Below, piece after piece: positions 18,569-28,011 of a stretch of DNA of 64,000 bases; position 1 is the first letter of the stretch, and the number at the start of each line of letters is the position of its first letter. Origin of the DNA: Parcubacteria group bacterium (lineage in GTDB: Bacteria > Patescibacteriota > Minisyncoccia > 2-02-FULL-40-12); assembly GCA_016186395.1 (NCBI GenBank), contig JACPLU010000003.1, positions 11,883-75,882 of the forward strand, given 5' to 3'. A program made the translations under genes and the position numbers. The notes below the pieces were generated by a model. The model was not told the origin of the DNA. It made no database searches and worked only from the letters and a program-made list of their open reading frames with translations.

Positions 18569-19651
18569 TTATTCGTTAAGCCAGAACCAAAATTGATTTT
18601 TAAGTTTCTGAGACAATTTATATGAATCAGCGTGGCTCAAAACACCGAGATATGATTGCAAGGATTGTTCGAGGGTTTCATTTGTTATAACTCCCGATTT
18701 ATACTCCGCAATTTTTTTATTTAATTTTTTAAATATCCGTTGTCTTGTTTTAGCTCTAAGAATTCGATAATGAGGGAAAACTATATACCCGAGAAAATCT
18801 ATTCCCCGTTGAAATTTATTGATAGAAATCTTTTTTGGATGAATTTCCAGTTGTAGTCTTTGCCTTAGGAAAGAACTTATTTTTGGGATTAATCCTGATA
18901 GGTAATCACGACTGTCAGAAACTATGGTAAAGTCATCGGTATAACGGCAATAATATTTCACTTTTAAATCATGTTTAATAAACTGATCAGATTCGTTCAT
19001 ATAGATGTTTGCGAAAAGCTGTGAGGTTAAATTGCCTATTGGTAGACCCTTTCTGGCGAATAAATTTGAGCAAGAAGACAGAAAACTTCTGATAACCTTT
19101 TCAAGTAGCCAGATGGTATCTGTGTCTCGAATCCGTTTCTTCAGTATAGAAATCAAAATTTTATGATCTACCGCATCAAAAAACTTTTTAACATCACATT
19201 TAAGAATGAAGCAAGGTTTCGTTCCATTGCCGGATACTTTTCTGGTCATCTGTTCAAGGACGCGGATTCCTTTGTGGCTTCCGAATCCAACCCGACAAGA
19301 AAAAGAATTTTGAATGAATGTTTGTTCAAAAATCGGATTGGCTACCGAAAAGATGGCATGATGCAAAATTCTATCCCGAACCGTGGCTTTGTGGATATGC
19401 CTTTGTTTTGGGTCTCGGATGTAGAAACCAGTATATTGTCCGTGTTCATAAGTCTTATTCTGAAGTTCTCGACGAAGTTTAAAAATATTTTCTTCAAGAC
19501 AAAATTCAAATCTTTGAACATCAACTTTATTCCTCTTGTCGCTTTTGAAAGTATCCCACGCTGAAAATAGGTTTTCCAGCGAGATTATTTTATTAAACAA
19601 GTTTTTATAGGTTTTCATAATAAAATTAAATGAACGAATTCGATACCCCAA
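18569..19651 (-). CDS. Diversity-generating retroelement reverse transcriptase
   Basis: RT motifs are present: KCDVKKFFDAVDH (motif A), LPIGNLTSQLFANIYMN, where the [I/L]GxxxSQ form is typical of DGR RTs rather than the group II intron QGxxxSP, and YCRYTDDF (YxDD). The length of about 350 aa fits. The true start is probably MKTYKN at 19618. Confidence 0.85.
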   Translation of the reverse strand: MGYRIRSFNFIMKTYKNLFNKIISLENLFSAWDTFKSDKRNKVDVQRFEFCLEENIFKLRRELQNKTYEHGQYTGFYIRDPKQRHIHKATVRDRILHHAIFSVANPIFEQTFIQNSFSCRVGFGSHKGIRVLEQMTRKVSGNGTKPCFILKCDVKKFFDAVDHKILISILKKRIRDTDTIWLLEKVIRSFLSSCSNLFARKGLPIGNLTSQLFANIYMNESDQFIKHDLKVKYYCRYTDDFTIVSDSRDYLSGLIPKISSFLRQRLQLEIHPKKISINKFQRGIDFLGYIVFPHYRILRAKTRQRIFKKLNKKIAEYKSGVITNETLEQSLQSYLGVLSHADSYKLSQKLKNQFWFWLNE

Positions 19652-19977
19652 TATTTATAAAATCCTACGATTTATACAAGCTATTTTATAGTTTCCGTAC
19701 CCTGGTTCCCAAAAATGACCGCTACACAATCTGGCAAAGGTGCGAAAATTTAATGCTGGATATAATCGATGGAATTCTATATGCCAGCCAAATTTCAAAA
19801 ATTGAGAAACTCCCGATTCTTGAAAAAACAAGCATGAAGTTAAGTCTCCTGCGTGTTTTTGTTCGGCTTATGAAAGATACCAAAGCGATAGATAATAAGA
19901 AATACGTATCACTCGAAACCATTATCGACGAAATTGGCCGTCAGCTTGGAGGCTGGATAAAATCAACTAAAGGATAA
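19630..19977 (+). CDS. avd: DGR accessory variability determinant (Avd-like four-helix-bundle protein)
   Basis: 115 aa. The C-terminus IDEIGRQLGGWIKSTKG resembles Bordetella phage Avd IAEVGRILGSWIARVNRKG, and the N-terminal region VPKNDRYTIWQRCEN resembles IPRKHGVAREMFLKC. Transcribed divergently from the RT. Confidence 0.65.
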   Translation: MNEFDTPIFIKSYDLYKLFYSFRTLVPKNDRYTIWQRCENLMLDIIDGILYASQISKIEKLPILEKTSMKLSLLRVFVRLMKDTKAIDNKKYVSLETIIDEIGRQLGGWIKSTKG

Positions 19978-20023
19978 CAGAATACCCGCCAACTGGCGGG
20001 TATTCTTAATGAGGAGCGACTTC

Positions 20024-20148
20024 GAAAGGAACCCAGACGCGGAGCCATAGTTGTCGTTCGGGTTGCTTACGTCGTTCGTGTTGAACTTGACCTTGTCGTC
20101 GTTGAAGTTGAAGTACGGCGCGCTGCTGAACCTGCCATCAGCGTCTGG
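20024..20148 (-). repeat. DGR template repeat (TR)
   Basis: 125 bp homologous to 20620-20744. All 15 mismatches are T on plus (A on the coding/minus strand) in this copy. The translated frame is Asn-rich (NFNDDKVKFNTNDVSNPNDNY), typical of AAC-rich TRs. The 70-aa ORF 19963-20175 is therefore not a gene. Confidence 0.85.
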
Positions 20149-20613
20149 AAATTGCTTTTGCCCATCTATAGTCACCGGATATCGAGGCTTGCCACCTTAA
20201 CGGTCTATATCCTCTCAATCCTGAATTTTATTCGGGAGCATCTCGCAAAAGAATCTCCGCTGGGCGGAAGCAAGCAGTAGTCTCCTCAATTTGGCACTCT
20301 CGGAGAATCCGTGAACGCTCCGACTCTGGCCGTTTGATCTCTTTTTTGAAGAGAGAGTTCGGTGACGGCAATCCGAGAGCGATTCTAGTCGGGCTAAAGC
20401 GCCGACTAAGAAACTTCGCCCAGATAAACTGCCGTTCATTAACCTAAGCTCACAGGAAGTATACAAATAATCCAATTAAAAGTGAATATATAAAAAGAAA
20501 AAGAGGGCCACCCACGATGGAACTGTGGATAACCCTCTCAAAAATTTCGCCGAACTCAAGGATCAAGAAACAACGAATCAAAAGATCCAAGTGTTCGAGC
20601 GATCAAGGCCCTA

Positions 20614-21471
20614 CTACTGCGAAAGGAACCCAGACGCGGAGCCAAAGCTGTCGTCCGGGTCGCTCACGCCGTACGCGTTGAACTTGACCCTGACGTCGTC
20701 GAAGAGGAAGTACGGCGCGCTGCCGAACCTGCCATCAGCGCCTGGACTGTACTCATCGCCTGGGCAGTCGATGTGCAACTGTTCCCATTGAATGAGCCGT
20801 TCCGGATGAGACAGAAGCATGCAGTCGACGATGAACGAGCCGAGCCCGAACTCGTGAGGAGCATAGACCACGCGCATCCTTCGCACGGACCGACCCCGAT
20901 GGGTCAGGCCGAACTGGGCTGGGATCAGTAGAAAGTCGCCCTTCTGCTTTTCGCCGATCATCTGGAGCGCGACGGCTGTCCGTTCGGAGAGCCGCAGGTA
21001 TTTCGGGCCGAGCGCGCCTTTGCGGTAGTTGTGGAAGGTGCGGGTCTTTCCGATCAGGTCGAGAACCTTCTCGACAGCCTCGTTGTACGAGGACGCAACC
21101 TTCTCCCACCGCGGAACGGCGAACCAGCCTTCCGCGCCAGCGGGCAGAGCCGGAAGCTCCTTGGAGCAGGCCAGCACCGAACTGGTGTTGAGACCGTTGA
21201 AGTGCTTGGAGAGCTCCACGAGCTGTTCGCAGACCGGCTTCACGGCGTACCCTTGCGGATAGCCGTAGTTGGACTTCACCTCTTCGTTGGCGAAGAACGG
21301 ACTCGCCGTGACGAGAGGTGCCGAGGTCACTTCCTTCTCCTCGACGATGGACTGCAGGTTCCTGGCGACGAAACTCGGCTCGAGCGTCCCTTCCATGAGG
21401 CGGCGCTGGACTTCCCACATGCGGCGGGAAATCGTTCCGAGAGTGTCGTCTGCGACGATGTGAGTCGTCAT
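20614..21471 (-). CDS. DGR target (variable) protein, 285 aa, with a C-terminal VR-encoded ligand-binding region
   Basis: Good RBS aaggagg upstream of the start. The C-terminal 40 aa (...PGADGRFGSAPYFLFDDVRVKFNAYGVSDPDDSFGSASGFLSQ) is paralogous to the TR translation. About 58% GC, unlike the surrounding sequence. No signal peptide was detected. Confidence 0.8.
   Translation of the reverse strand: MTTHIVADDTLGTISRRMWEVQRRLMEGTLEPSFVARNLQSIVEEKEVTSAPLVTASPFFANEEVKSNYGYPQGYAVKPVCEQLVELSKHFNGLNTSSVLACSKELPALPAGAEGWFAVPRWEKVASSYNEAVEKVLDLIGKTRTFHNYRKGALGPKYLRLSERTAVALQMIGEKQKGDFLLIPAQFGLTHRGRSVRRMRVVYAPHEFGLGSFIVDCMLLSHPERLIQWEQLHIDCPGDEYSPGADGRFGSAPYFLFDDVRVKFNAYGVSDPDDSFGSASGFLSQ
20620..20744 (-). 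repeat. DGR variable repeat (VR) at the 3' end of the target gene
   Basis: Matches the TR except at template-adenine positions. It ends 4 nt from the target stop codon. The GC-rich 3' end ctccgcgtctgggttcctttc is conserved between TR and VR (IMH-like). Confidence 0.85.
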
Positions 21472-21707
21472 GATGACAACCTCCTTTTGATTTAACTTGC
21501 GAATTGTCTTGGCTCTCTTTGTCCCGCTGGGAGACTTTAGTGAGCCATATCCTGTTCCTCAGGATGCGGTCCCATCTCGGTTGAGACGAGCATGCTGGAA
21601 GTCTATGTTTTAGATGTCCAAAATGCTCATCTCAAGCCAAAACCTTATTGTAAGAACTGTATAATAATTATATACTATAAAAATATTAAAGTCAATGGTT
21701 AAATATT

Positions 21708-22778
21708 TTGGCTATTGTTATAGTAATTTCCATGGCAAAAAAACAGGATACTTCCCCAAAAACTTTAACGGAAAAGCAAAAAGATAAAGACGGAAAGAAT
21801 AAAAATATTGATCTTGCGGTAAAAGAAATAAAAGAAAAATATGGTGACGGGTCTATTATGCGTTTAGGAGAAGCGCGTAAAGTTAATGTAGATGTAATTC
21901 CGACCGGCTCTATTTCGCTTGATGCGGCTTTGGGTGTTTGGGGAATGCCAAGAGGAAGAATTATAGAAATTTATGGACCGGAATCAAGCGGGAAAACAAC
22001 TCTTTCTTTGCATGTTATTGCTGAAGCTCAAAAAATGGGCGGTTCAGCTGCATTTGTTGATGCAGAGCATGCTTTGGACCCTGAATATGCAAAAAAGGTG
22101 GGTGTAAAGATAGATGATCTTTTAATATCTCAACCGGATACAGGTGAGCAGGCTCTAGAAATAGTTGAAACTCTTGTACGTTCTGGCGCAGTGGACGTAA
22201 TAGTAATTGATTCTGTTGCCGCTTTGACTCCGAAGGCAGAAATTGAGGGAGAAATGGGGCAGCAGCATATGGGGCTTCAAGCAAGACTTATGTCTCAAGC
22301 GCTTCGTAAGCTTACAGCAATCGTAGGGAAGACAAATGTTGTGCTTATATTTTTAAACCAGATTCGGCAAAATATCGGAGTCTTTTACGGAAATCCAGAA
22401 ACAACAACCGGAGGAAAGGCTTTGAAGTTTTATTCGTCAGTTAGAATAGAAGTAAGGCGTGCCGCTCAAGTACAATCTGGTGAAAAAATTATCGGAAATC
22501 GTACAAAAGTGAAAATTGTTAAAAACAAAGTGGCTCCGCCGTTTAGAACTGCCGAGTTTGATATACTGTATGGTGAGGGAATTTCTAAATTGGCGGACTT
22601 AATTAACACAGGAGTAAAATATGATGTTCTTACTCGTTCGGGATCGTGGTATACTTATGGTGATATTAAACTTGGTCAGGGGCTGGAGGGCGCCCGATCG
22701 TTTTTAAAAGAAGATAAAAAACTGGAAAACGAGATCGCTAAGCAAGTAAAAATTAAAATGCAGACAGAAGAAATTTAA
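21708..22778 (+). CDS. recA: Recombinase RecA
   Basis: GPESSGKTT Walker A and a conserved RecA core. The likely true start is MAKKQ at 21732. Confidence 0.95.
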   Translation: MAIVIVISMAKKQDTSPKTLTEKQKDKDGKNKNIDLAVKEIKEKYGDGSIMRLGEARKVNVDVIPTGSISLDAALGVWGMPRGRIIEIYGPESSGKTTLSLHVIAEAQKMGGSAAFVDAEHALDPEYAKKVGVKIDDLLISQPDTGEQALEIVETLVRSGAVDVIVIDSVAALTPKAEIEGEMGQQHMGLQARLMSQALRKLTAIVGKTNVVLIFLNQIRQNIGVFYGNPETTTGGKALKFYSSVRIEVRRAAQVQSGEKIIGNRTKVKIVKNKVAPPFRTAEFDILYGEGISKLADLINTGVKYDVLTRSGSWYTYGDIKLGQGLEGARSFLKEDKKLENEIAKQVKIKMQTEEI

Positions 22779-22845
22779 TTTTTGTCTAAGAACTAAGTTT
22801 ACGATAGTAAAGACTACCGTATCCGTACTCATAGACAAGTTTCGT

Positions 22846-23028
22846 ATGTCTAGAAAAGTTGCAGATTGTAGGTTAATGCCGAGTGAGAAAAACTGTTCAC
22901 TCACAATTGCTGGTACAGAGGAGGAAGTTACAAAAGTTGCCGTGCGTCATGCTATTGAGGACCATGGTCATCAAGATTCCCCAGAACTTCAGGAGCAGGT
23001 TAGATCCATGCTTAAAGACGAGGCATAG
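22846..23028 (+). CDS. DUF1059-family small protein
   Basis: 60 aa; C..PSEKNC...GTEEEVTKVAVRHAIEDHGH...ELQEQVRSM matches the DUF1059 pattern. Confidence 0.55.
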   Translation: MSRKVADCRLMPSEKNCSLTIAGTEEEVTKVAVRHAIEDHGHQDSPELQEQVRSMLKDEA

Positions 23029-23051
23029 ATTTTAATTTTTTGTTCAAAAAA

Positions 23052-23086
23052 CAAACCCGCTTTTAACGGGTTTGTTTTTTAATAGT
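23052..23086 (+). terminator. Rho-independent terminator
   Basis: caaacccg cttttaa cgggtttg followed by tttttt. Confidence 0.7.
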
Positions 23087-23337
23087 AAAAAGACTGAAAC
23101 TAGAACTCTGAAGGAAATCTTCCAAACTTTCTTTGGTGGGCTGACGTTGCTGGAAGTAATGCCATTTGTCTAGCTGTCTTAATTGCTCTAGCTAGTCTTT
23201 TTTGATGAGGAATACAAAGCCCAGTGTATTTGCGGGGCTTTATTTTTAAGTCAGGCATTAAAAATCTGCGCAGTAGGGGTGCGTTTTTATAGTCAAATTT
23301 TTTTCGATTGTCTTGGCAGAGTTGACAGACGATGTTA

Positions 23338-23415
23338 GCGACTAGTGCCTAGCGCGACTAGTGCCTAGTAATTAAAAATGTTCTTTACTAGTTTCTAGTG
23401 GCTAGTGGCCAGTTT
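23338..23415. repeat. CTAG-rich tandem repeats immediately 3' of ssb, in the gene's orientation
   Basis: gcgactagtgcctag x2, then ctagtttctagtggctagtggccagtttctag. The reverse complement contains ctagaaactggccactagccactagaaactag, which is related to the rpoB-distal repeat. Confidence 0.7.
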
Positions 23416-23913
23416 CTAGAATGGTATATCTTTTAAGTCCACACTTGTTTCTTCTACGTCTTCATCTGAATTTGTTGGCGGTTCGTCCTCATTAACTACT
23501 GGTATTTCTTCTGGTGCAACCGGTCTGGTTTGATTTCTTGCTGTTGGGTTTGAGTTTGCCGTTGTTATTGTTTTTGGTTCACCTTGAAATCTCGGACCTA
23601 ATTGTAGATTTTCAGCTACTATTTCTGTTTGGTATCTTTTAAGACCATCTTTTCCTTCATAAGATCTAGTTTGAATTCTTCCTTCTATCATGACTAGCCT
23701 TCCTTTGGTTAAATATTGATTAGCAAGTTGGGCGAGTCTACCCCATAAAACTACTCGATGGAATTCAACTGCTTCTTGTTTTTCGCCTGCCTGGTTGTTC
23801 CAAACTCTATTTGTGGCAATTCTAATCGTGGCTACTTCTTGGCCATTCATTGTTGTTCTAAATTCCGGGTCAGCAGCTAGATTTCCTAGAACGAAAGCTT
23901 TGTTGAGATTCAT
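23416..23913 (-). CDS. ssb: Single-stranded DNA-binding protein
   Basis: OB fold with N-terminal MNLNKAFVLGNLAADPEFR and an acidic C-terminal tail ending DIPF. Confidence 0.9.
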   Translation of the reverse strand: MNLNKAFVLGNLAADPEFRTTMNGQEVATIRIATNRVWNNQAGEKQEAVEFHRVVLWGRLAQLANQYLTKGRLVMIEGRIQTRSYEGKDGLKRYQTEIVAENLQLGPRFQGEPKTITTANSNPTARNQTRPVAPEEIPVVNEDEPPTNSDEDVEETSVDLKDIPF

Positions 23914-23920
23914 GGTTTCG

Positions 23921-23980
23921 ACTAAAGTCAAAAGACTAGGGACTAAAGTTTTGGTCTTTAGACGCTAGACATTAGACTTA
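23921..23980. repeat. Stop-rich hairpin element (gactaaag family) between ssb and rpsF
   Basis: gactaaagtcaaaagactagggactaaagttttggtctttagacgctagacattagac. Confidence 0.6.
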
Positions 23981-24421
23981 TTAAATATTTCCCAATATTT
24001 CTTCTAATCTTTTGTCTAATTCTTCTTGTTTTACTTCTACTTTTTCTTCTTGCAGTCGTGGTATTGGTTTAGGTTTGACAACAAATGTTTTCCTTGGCGC
24101 AGGCAGTTGTCCCTCCTTAATCTTTGTGGTTATTAGACTTCTTGTGATTACGCCTATCATTTTTAAGTCATTTGTAATTTCATTAATACTCGAGCTTGGA
24201 GCGGAAAAGTCGATCCAAAAAAAATCACTTATCCCTTGTTTTCTGATAGGATAAGATAATTTTGTTTTATTGTTTTCGGACACTCTAACCACAGTTCCCC
24301 CGTGGTTACTAATTTTTGCCTCAATTTCTCCTATATTCTTTTTAAACTCTTCTTCATTTAAGCCAGTTCTAAGATGCACAGCCAGTTCATAGTTTTTTGT
24401 ATTAATTAATGTTTCTTCCAT
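23981..24421 (-). CDS. rpsF: 30S ribosomal protein S6
   Basis: NYELAVHL...LSYPIRKQ...GISDFFWIDFSAP follows the S6 pattern (YEI..I....L.YPI.K...G.Y). C-terminal extension present. Confidence 0.8.
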   Translation of the reverse strand: MEETLINTKNYELAVHLRTGLNEEEFKKNIGEIEAKISNHGGTVVRVSENNKTKLSYPIRKQGISDFFWIDFSAPSSSINEITNDLKMIGVITRSLITTKIKEGQLPAPRKTFVVKPKPIPRLQEEKVEVKQEELDKRLEEILGNI

Positions 24422-24915
24422 AGTCCAGTATTAGAACCCAGTAGTAGAGTAAAACTCACTACCGGACTTTGCTTCGACAGTATAAGAAGCGAACGAAGTG
24501 AGCGTAGTCCAGCACTAAACAAAGTTTTAGTGCTGGATTTCAGCTGGGCATGTCGTCTCCAGATAATAGCAAATTAGATGTGGATTCGTCAACTTACTGT
24601 GTGCCTTTCCACATCTGCCTTTCCACATCGGGTGTGGAAAGGCGTTGGGATAGGGAGTAATCGTTAATGAGGTACTTGCGTCGAGATTTGATGTGATTTT
24701 CGACATCGCAAGTCGAAGAGGTTTTGTTTGCGGTGTCTTACGACATTCAATGTCGTAAGAGTAAGAAATTTATGAGTTTTGACGATTCAAGACTGTGAAT
24801 TGGATCTCTAGCGGGGGTTGATCCCTAACGGGATCAACCCCCGCCCTTAAGTTTAAGAGTGGGGTTGATAATAGATTTTGGAATTCTTGAGTTTTGGTAT
24901 ATTATCACAAATACT

Positions 24916-26766
24916 ATGTGTGGCATTTTTGGTTTTGTTAGTAAAAAGCCTGTTACTGGTATAGGTAATATGCTCCAAGCTTTAAAAAAGCTTGAATATA
25001 GGGGTTATGACTCTACTGGTATCGCTGTTGTAACCCAGAAGGGAATTTATAGTCAAAAAAAAGCCGGCCGAATAAGCAAGTTGGAACCATTTTTAGATAA
25101 AAAAGTTTTAGGCTCCGTTTTTATTGGCCACACTCGTTGGGCAACTCATGGAAAGCCTTCCGATAAAAATGCTCATCCACATTTTGGATGCGATAATAAA
25201 ATTCAAATAGTACACAATGGAATAATAGAAAACTATAAATCTTTGAAGCATGAATTAGAAGGTCGTGGTCATCGTTTTAAATCCGATACCGATAGTGAAG
25301 TTTTTGCTCATTTAGTAGAAGAGTTTCTGGGACGTAAAAACGGATCTGAAATAAGATATTTCGAAGAAGCAGTAAGATTATCTTTAAAAAGAATTAAGGG
25401 GGCCTATGCCTTTGCCGTTATTCATCAAAATTATCCTAAAGTTATAATTGTAGCAAAAAATTCAAGTCCATTATTAATTGGATTAAGCGATCAGGCTAAA
25501 TACATTGCTTCAGACCCCATAGCCTTACTTCGTCATACTCGTAAGGTCATTTATCTTAATGATCAAGAGTTGGCTATTGTTACCCCAGATCAATTAAAGA
25601 TTTCAACTCTCCAGAATAAAGAGATATTAAGAAAATATCAAGAAGTTAGTTGGTCTGAGGATGCAGTCAGGAAAACTGGATTTACTCATTTCATGGAAAA
25701 AGAAATTTTTGAGGAGCCGGAGGCTGTAGAAAATGCTATTAGAGGCCGGTTGATCGTTTCTCAGGGTTTGGCAAAGTTGGGAGGATTAGAATCTGTACGC
25801 CAAAAATTAGAAAGTGTTAAAAGGTTGATTATAACTGCTTGCGGTACAGCTTTTTTTTCTGGTTTAGTTGGAGAGTACATGTTGGAAGAGTTTGCGGGTC
25901 TGCCAGTAGAGGTTGAGAGCGGTTCGGAGTTGCGCTATAAAAGATCTCCGTTTGATGATAAAAGTGCTTTGTTGGCTGTAAGCCAATCAGGAGAGACTGC
26001 CGATACTCTCGGCTCTATTAAGGAAATAAAAAAAACAGGTCTTTTAACGCTGGGGTTGGTAAATACAGTGGGTTCTTCTATTGCTAGGGAGACAAATGCC
26101 GGAGTTTATAATCATGCAGGACCAGAAATTAGCGTTGCCTCTACCAAAGTTTTTATTTCTCAATTAGCAGTTTTTGCTTTACTGACTTTATTTTTAGGCC
26201 GTCAAAGATCTATGAGTAAAAATATGGGCAAACTTATAGCCTCTGAGCTGACTTTGATACCAAGAAAGTTGAGAACTATATTAGAAAGTTCTGTCTATAT
26301 TAAACGTGTGGCTCGAAAATACTTTAAATATAATAACTTTTTATTTTTAGGTAGAAAATTTAATTATCCTATTGCACTTGAGGGAGCCTTGAAATTAAAA
26401 GAGGTATCCTACATTCATGCTGAAGGATATGGAGCGGGGGATATGAAACATGGACCGTTGGCTTTGATAGATGAGAATTTTCCATCTATAGTAATTGCTC
26501 CAAAAGACAGTGTATACGATAAAGTAGTTAGTAACATGGAGGAACTAAAAGCTCGGAAGGGTAAAATAATCATCATAACTACTAGCGGAAATAAAGGACT
26601 TGATAAATTAGCGGATGAGGTTTTGTATATTCCTAAAACGATTGAAATGCTTACTCCGCTTTTGACAGTGATGCCGTTACATCTCTTGGCATATTACATG
26701 GGAGTTTTTAGAGGTCACGATGTAGATAAGCCACGTAATCTTGCTAAATCAGTAACGGTGGAATAA
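24916..26766 (+). CDS. glmS: Glutamine--fructose-6-phosphate aminotransferase
   Basis: MCGIFGF N-terminal nucleophile followed by two SIS domains. The start is set at the Cys-2 ATG (24916), not the upstream ORF start. Confidence 0.95.
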   Translation: MCGIFGFVSKKPVTGIGNMLQALKKLEYRGYDSTGIAVVTQKGIYSQKKAGRISKLEPFLDKKVLGSVFIGHTRWATHGKPSDKNAHPHFGCDNKIQIVHNGIIENYKSLKHELEGRGHRFKSDTDSEVFAHLVEEFLGRKNGSEIRYFEEAVRLSLKRIKGAYAFAVIHQNYPKVIIVAKNSSPLLIGLSDQAKYIASDPIALLRHTRKVIYLNDQELAIVTPDQLKISTLQNKEILRKYQEVSWSEDAVRKTGFTHFMEKEIFEEPEAVENAIRGRLIVSQGLAKLGGLESVRQKLESVKRLIITACGTAFFSGLVGEYMLEEFAGLPVEVESGSELRYKRSPFDDKSALLAVSQSGETADTLGSIKEIKKTGLLTLGLVNTVGSSIARETNAGVYNHAGPEISVASTKVFISQLAVFALLTLFLGRQRSMSKNMGKLIASELTLIPRKLRTILESSVYIKRVARKYFKYNNFLFLGRKFNYPIALEGALKLKEVSYIHAEGYGAGDMKHGPLALIDENFPSIVIAPKDSVYDKVVSNMEELKARKGKIIIITTSGNKGLDKLADEVLYIPKTIEMLTPLLTVMPLHLLAYYMGVFRGHDVDKPRNLAKSVTVE

Positions 26767-26802
26767 CTTTCGACATCGCAAGTCGAAAGATATGGGTAGT
26801 GA

Positions 26803-27918
26803 CTATATTTTTATTTCAACCACGTCGCCTTCTTGTACGACGTAATCTCGGCCTACGGTTTTGATTACGCCCTTGATTCGTGCTTGTGACCAAGCATCTG
26901 CTTCCCGCCCATTCGGGCGAGGCTCGCCTCCTTCGGAGGCGGCAATTAGTGTTTTCCAATTTATGATTTCAGCCCTAATAAAAAGTTTTTCAAAATCGGT
27001 ATGAATGGCTCTGGCGGCGATTGGTATGGGGTCGCCTTTTTTAGCGGTCCAGGCACGGGTCTCATCTTCACCAGTTGTTAAAAAGGTTATAAGTTCAAGA
27101 GTTTCATAGCCGATTTTTATTAGTCGATCCAGACCACTTTCTTTTAAGTTAAGTTCTGTTAAATACTCTTTTTTTAAATCTTCGGTTGATTCAGATAGTA
27201 ATAATTCAAGTTTATTCGACATCACTGCATAAGAGGCGTGATTCATCAAAAAAAGTAATTTTTGATCCGGCTGCCAATTTTCTGCAATCTGTTTTTCAGA
27301 GGCGTTAAACGAATATATAAACTTTTTAGAGGAAAGCAGATTTAGTTCTTTGGCTAACTGCTTCTCGCTTTCTGAAAGTTCAAGATTTGAAATAATATTA
27401 TCGCTTTCAAGCTGTTTTTTAAATTTTTCAAGAATAATAAGTTCTGTGGAAGCTTTTTTGTCTAGTTTCGCTTGTTTTCTGGTTTTTTCTATTCTGTTTT
27501 CAATGGTTTCAAGATCGGCTAGGATTAATTCAGTATTTATAACCTCAATATCATTTTTTGGATCAACCTTATTATTAATATGAGTAATATTTTCGTCGTT
27601 AAATACCCTTACTACTTGGCAAATTGCATCTACCTCTCTTATGTGTGCAAGAAATTTATTTCCAAGTCCCTCGCCTTGGGCGGCCCCCTTAACAAGCCCG
27701 GCAATATCAATAAAAGTTATAGTGGTCGGGATTGTTTTTTTTGAATTTGAAAGCAGGGTTAATGCTTCTAATCTTTTATCGGGTACGCTAACAACGCCCA
27801 CATTTGGCTCTATTGTGGTAAACGGATAGTTCTGAATATCTATTGGATTGTTAGTCAGGGCTTTAAAAAGGGTTGACTTGCCCACATTAGGTAGCCCCAC
27901 GATTCCTATGGAGAGCAT
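26803..27918 (-). CDS. ychF: Ribosome-binding ATPase YchF
   Basis: IGIVGLPNVGKSTLF plus a TGS-type C-terminus. The extra 69 aa at the 5' end of the ORF overlap the neighbouring gene and are treated as spurious. Confidence 0.85.
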   Translation of the reverse strand: MLSIGIVGLPNVGKSTLFKALTNNPIDIQNYPFTTIEPNVGVVSVPDKRLEALTLLSNSKKTIPTTITFIDIAGLVKGAAQGEGLGNKFLAHIREVDAICQVVRVFNDENITHINNKVDPKNDIEVINTELILADLETIENRIEKTRKQAKLDKKASTELIILEKFKKQLESDNIISNLELSESEKQLAKELNLLSSKKFIYSFNASEKQIAENWQPDQKLLFLMNHASYAVMSNKLELLLSESTEDLKKEYLTELNLKESGLDRLIKIGYETLELITFLTTGEDETRAWTAKKGDPIPIAARAIHTDFEKLFIRAEIINWKTLIAASEGGEPRPNGREADAWSQARIKGVIKTVGRDYVVQEGDVVEIKI

Positions 27919-28011
27919 ATTTAAAAGCAAAAGTTCAAACAAGACAAGTTTTATGTTTTGTTTTGGCTTGCTATACTTAAGACTTCTTACACAACAAGTC
28001 TTAAAACTACA

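Noticed and set aside
19963-20175. 70-aa minus-strand ORF from the six-frame track
   Set aside because: It coincides with the DGR template repeat. Its translation is the Asn-rich ghost of the target's C-terminus, it has no RBS, and it is not an independent gene.
20664-21495. Several overlapping ORFs inside and antisense to the DGR target gene (20753-21418, 20664-20864, 21029-21262, 21031-21495, 21269-21463)
   Set aside because: Arg/Ala-rich alternative-frame artefacts of the locally high GC. They overlap the well-signalled 285-aa gene.
24540-24915. glmS ribozyme in the glmS leader
   Set aside because: The leader is highly structured, but I could not recognise the conserved glmS ribozyme core by eye. 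It is left as an unclassified structured leader pending a covariance-model scan.
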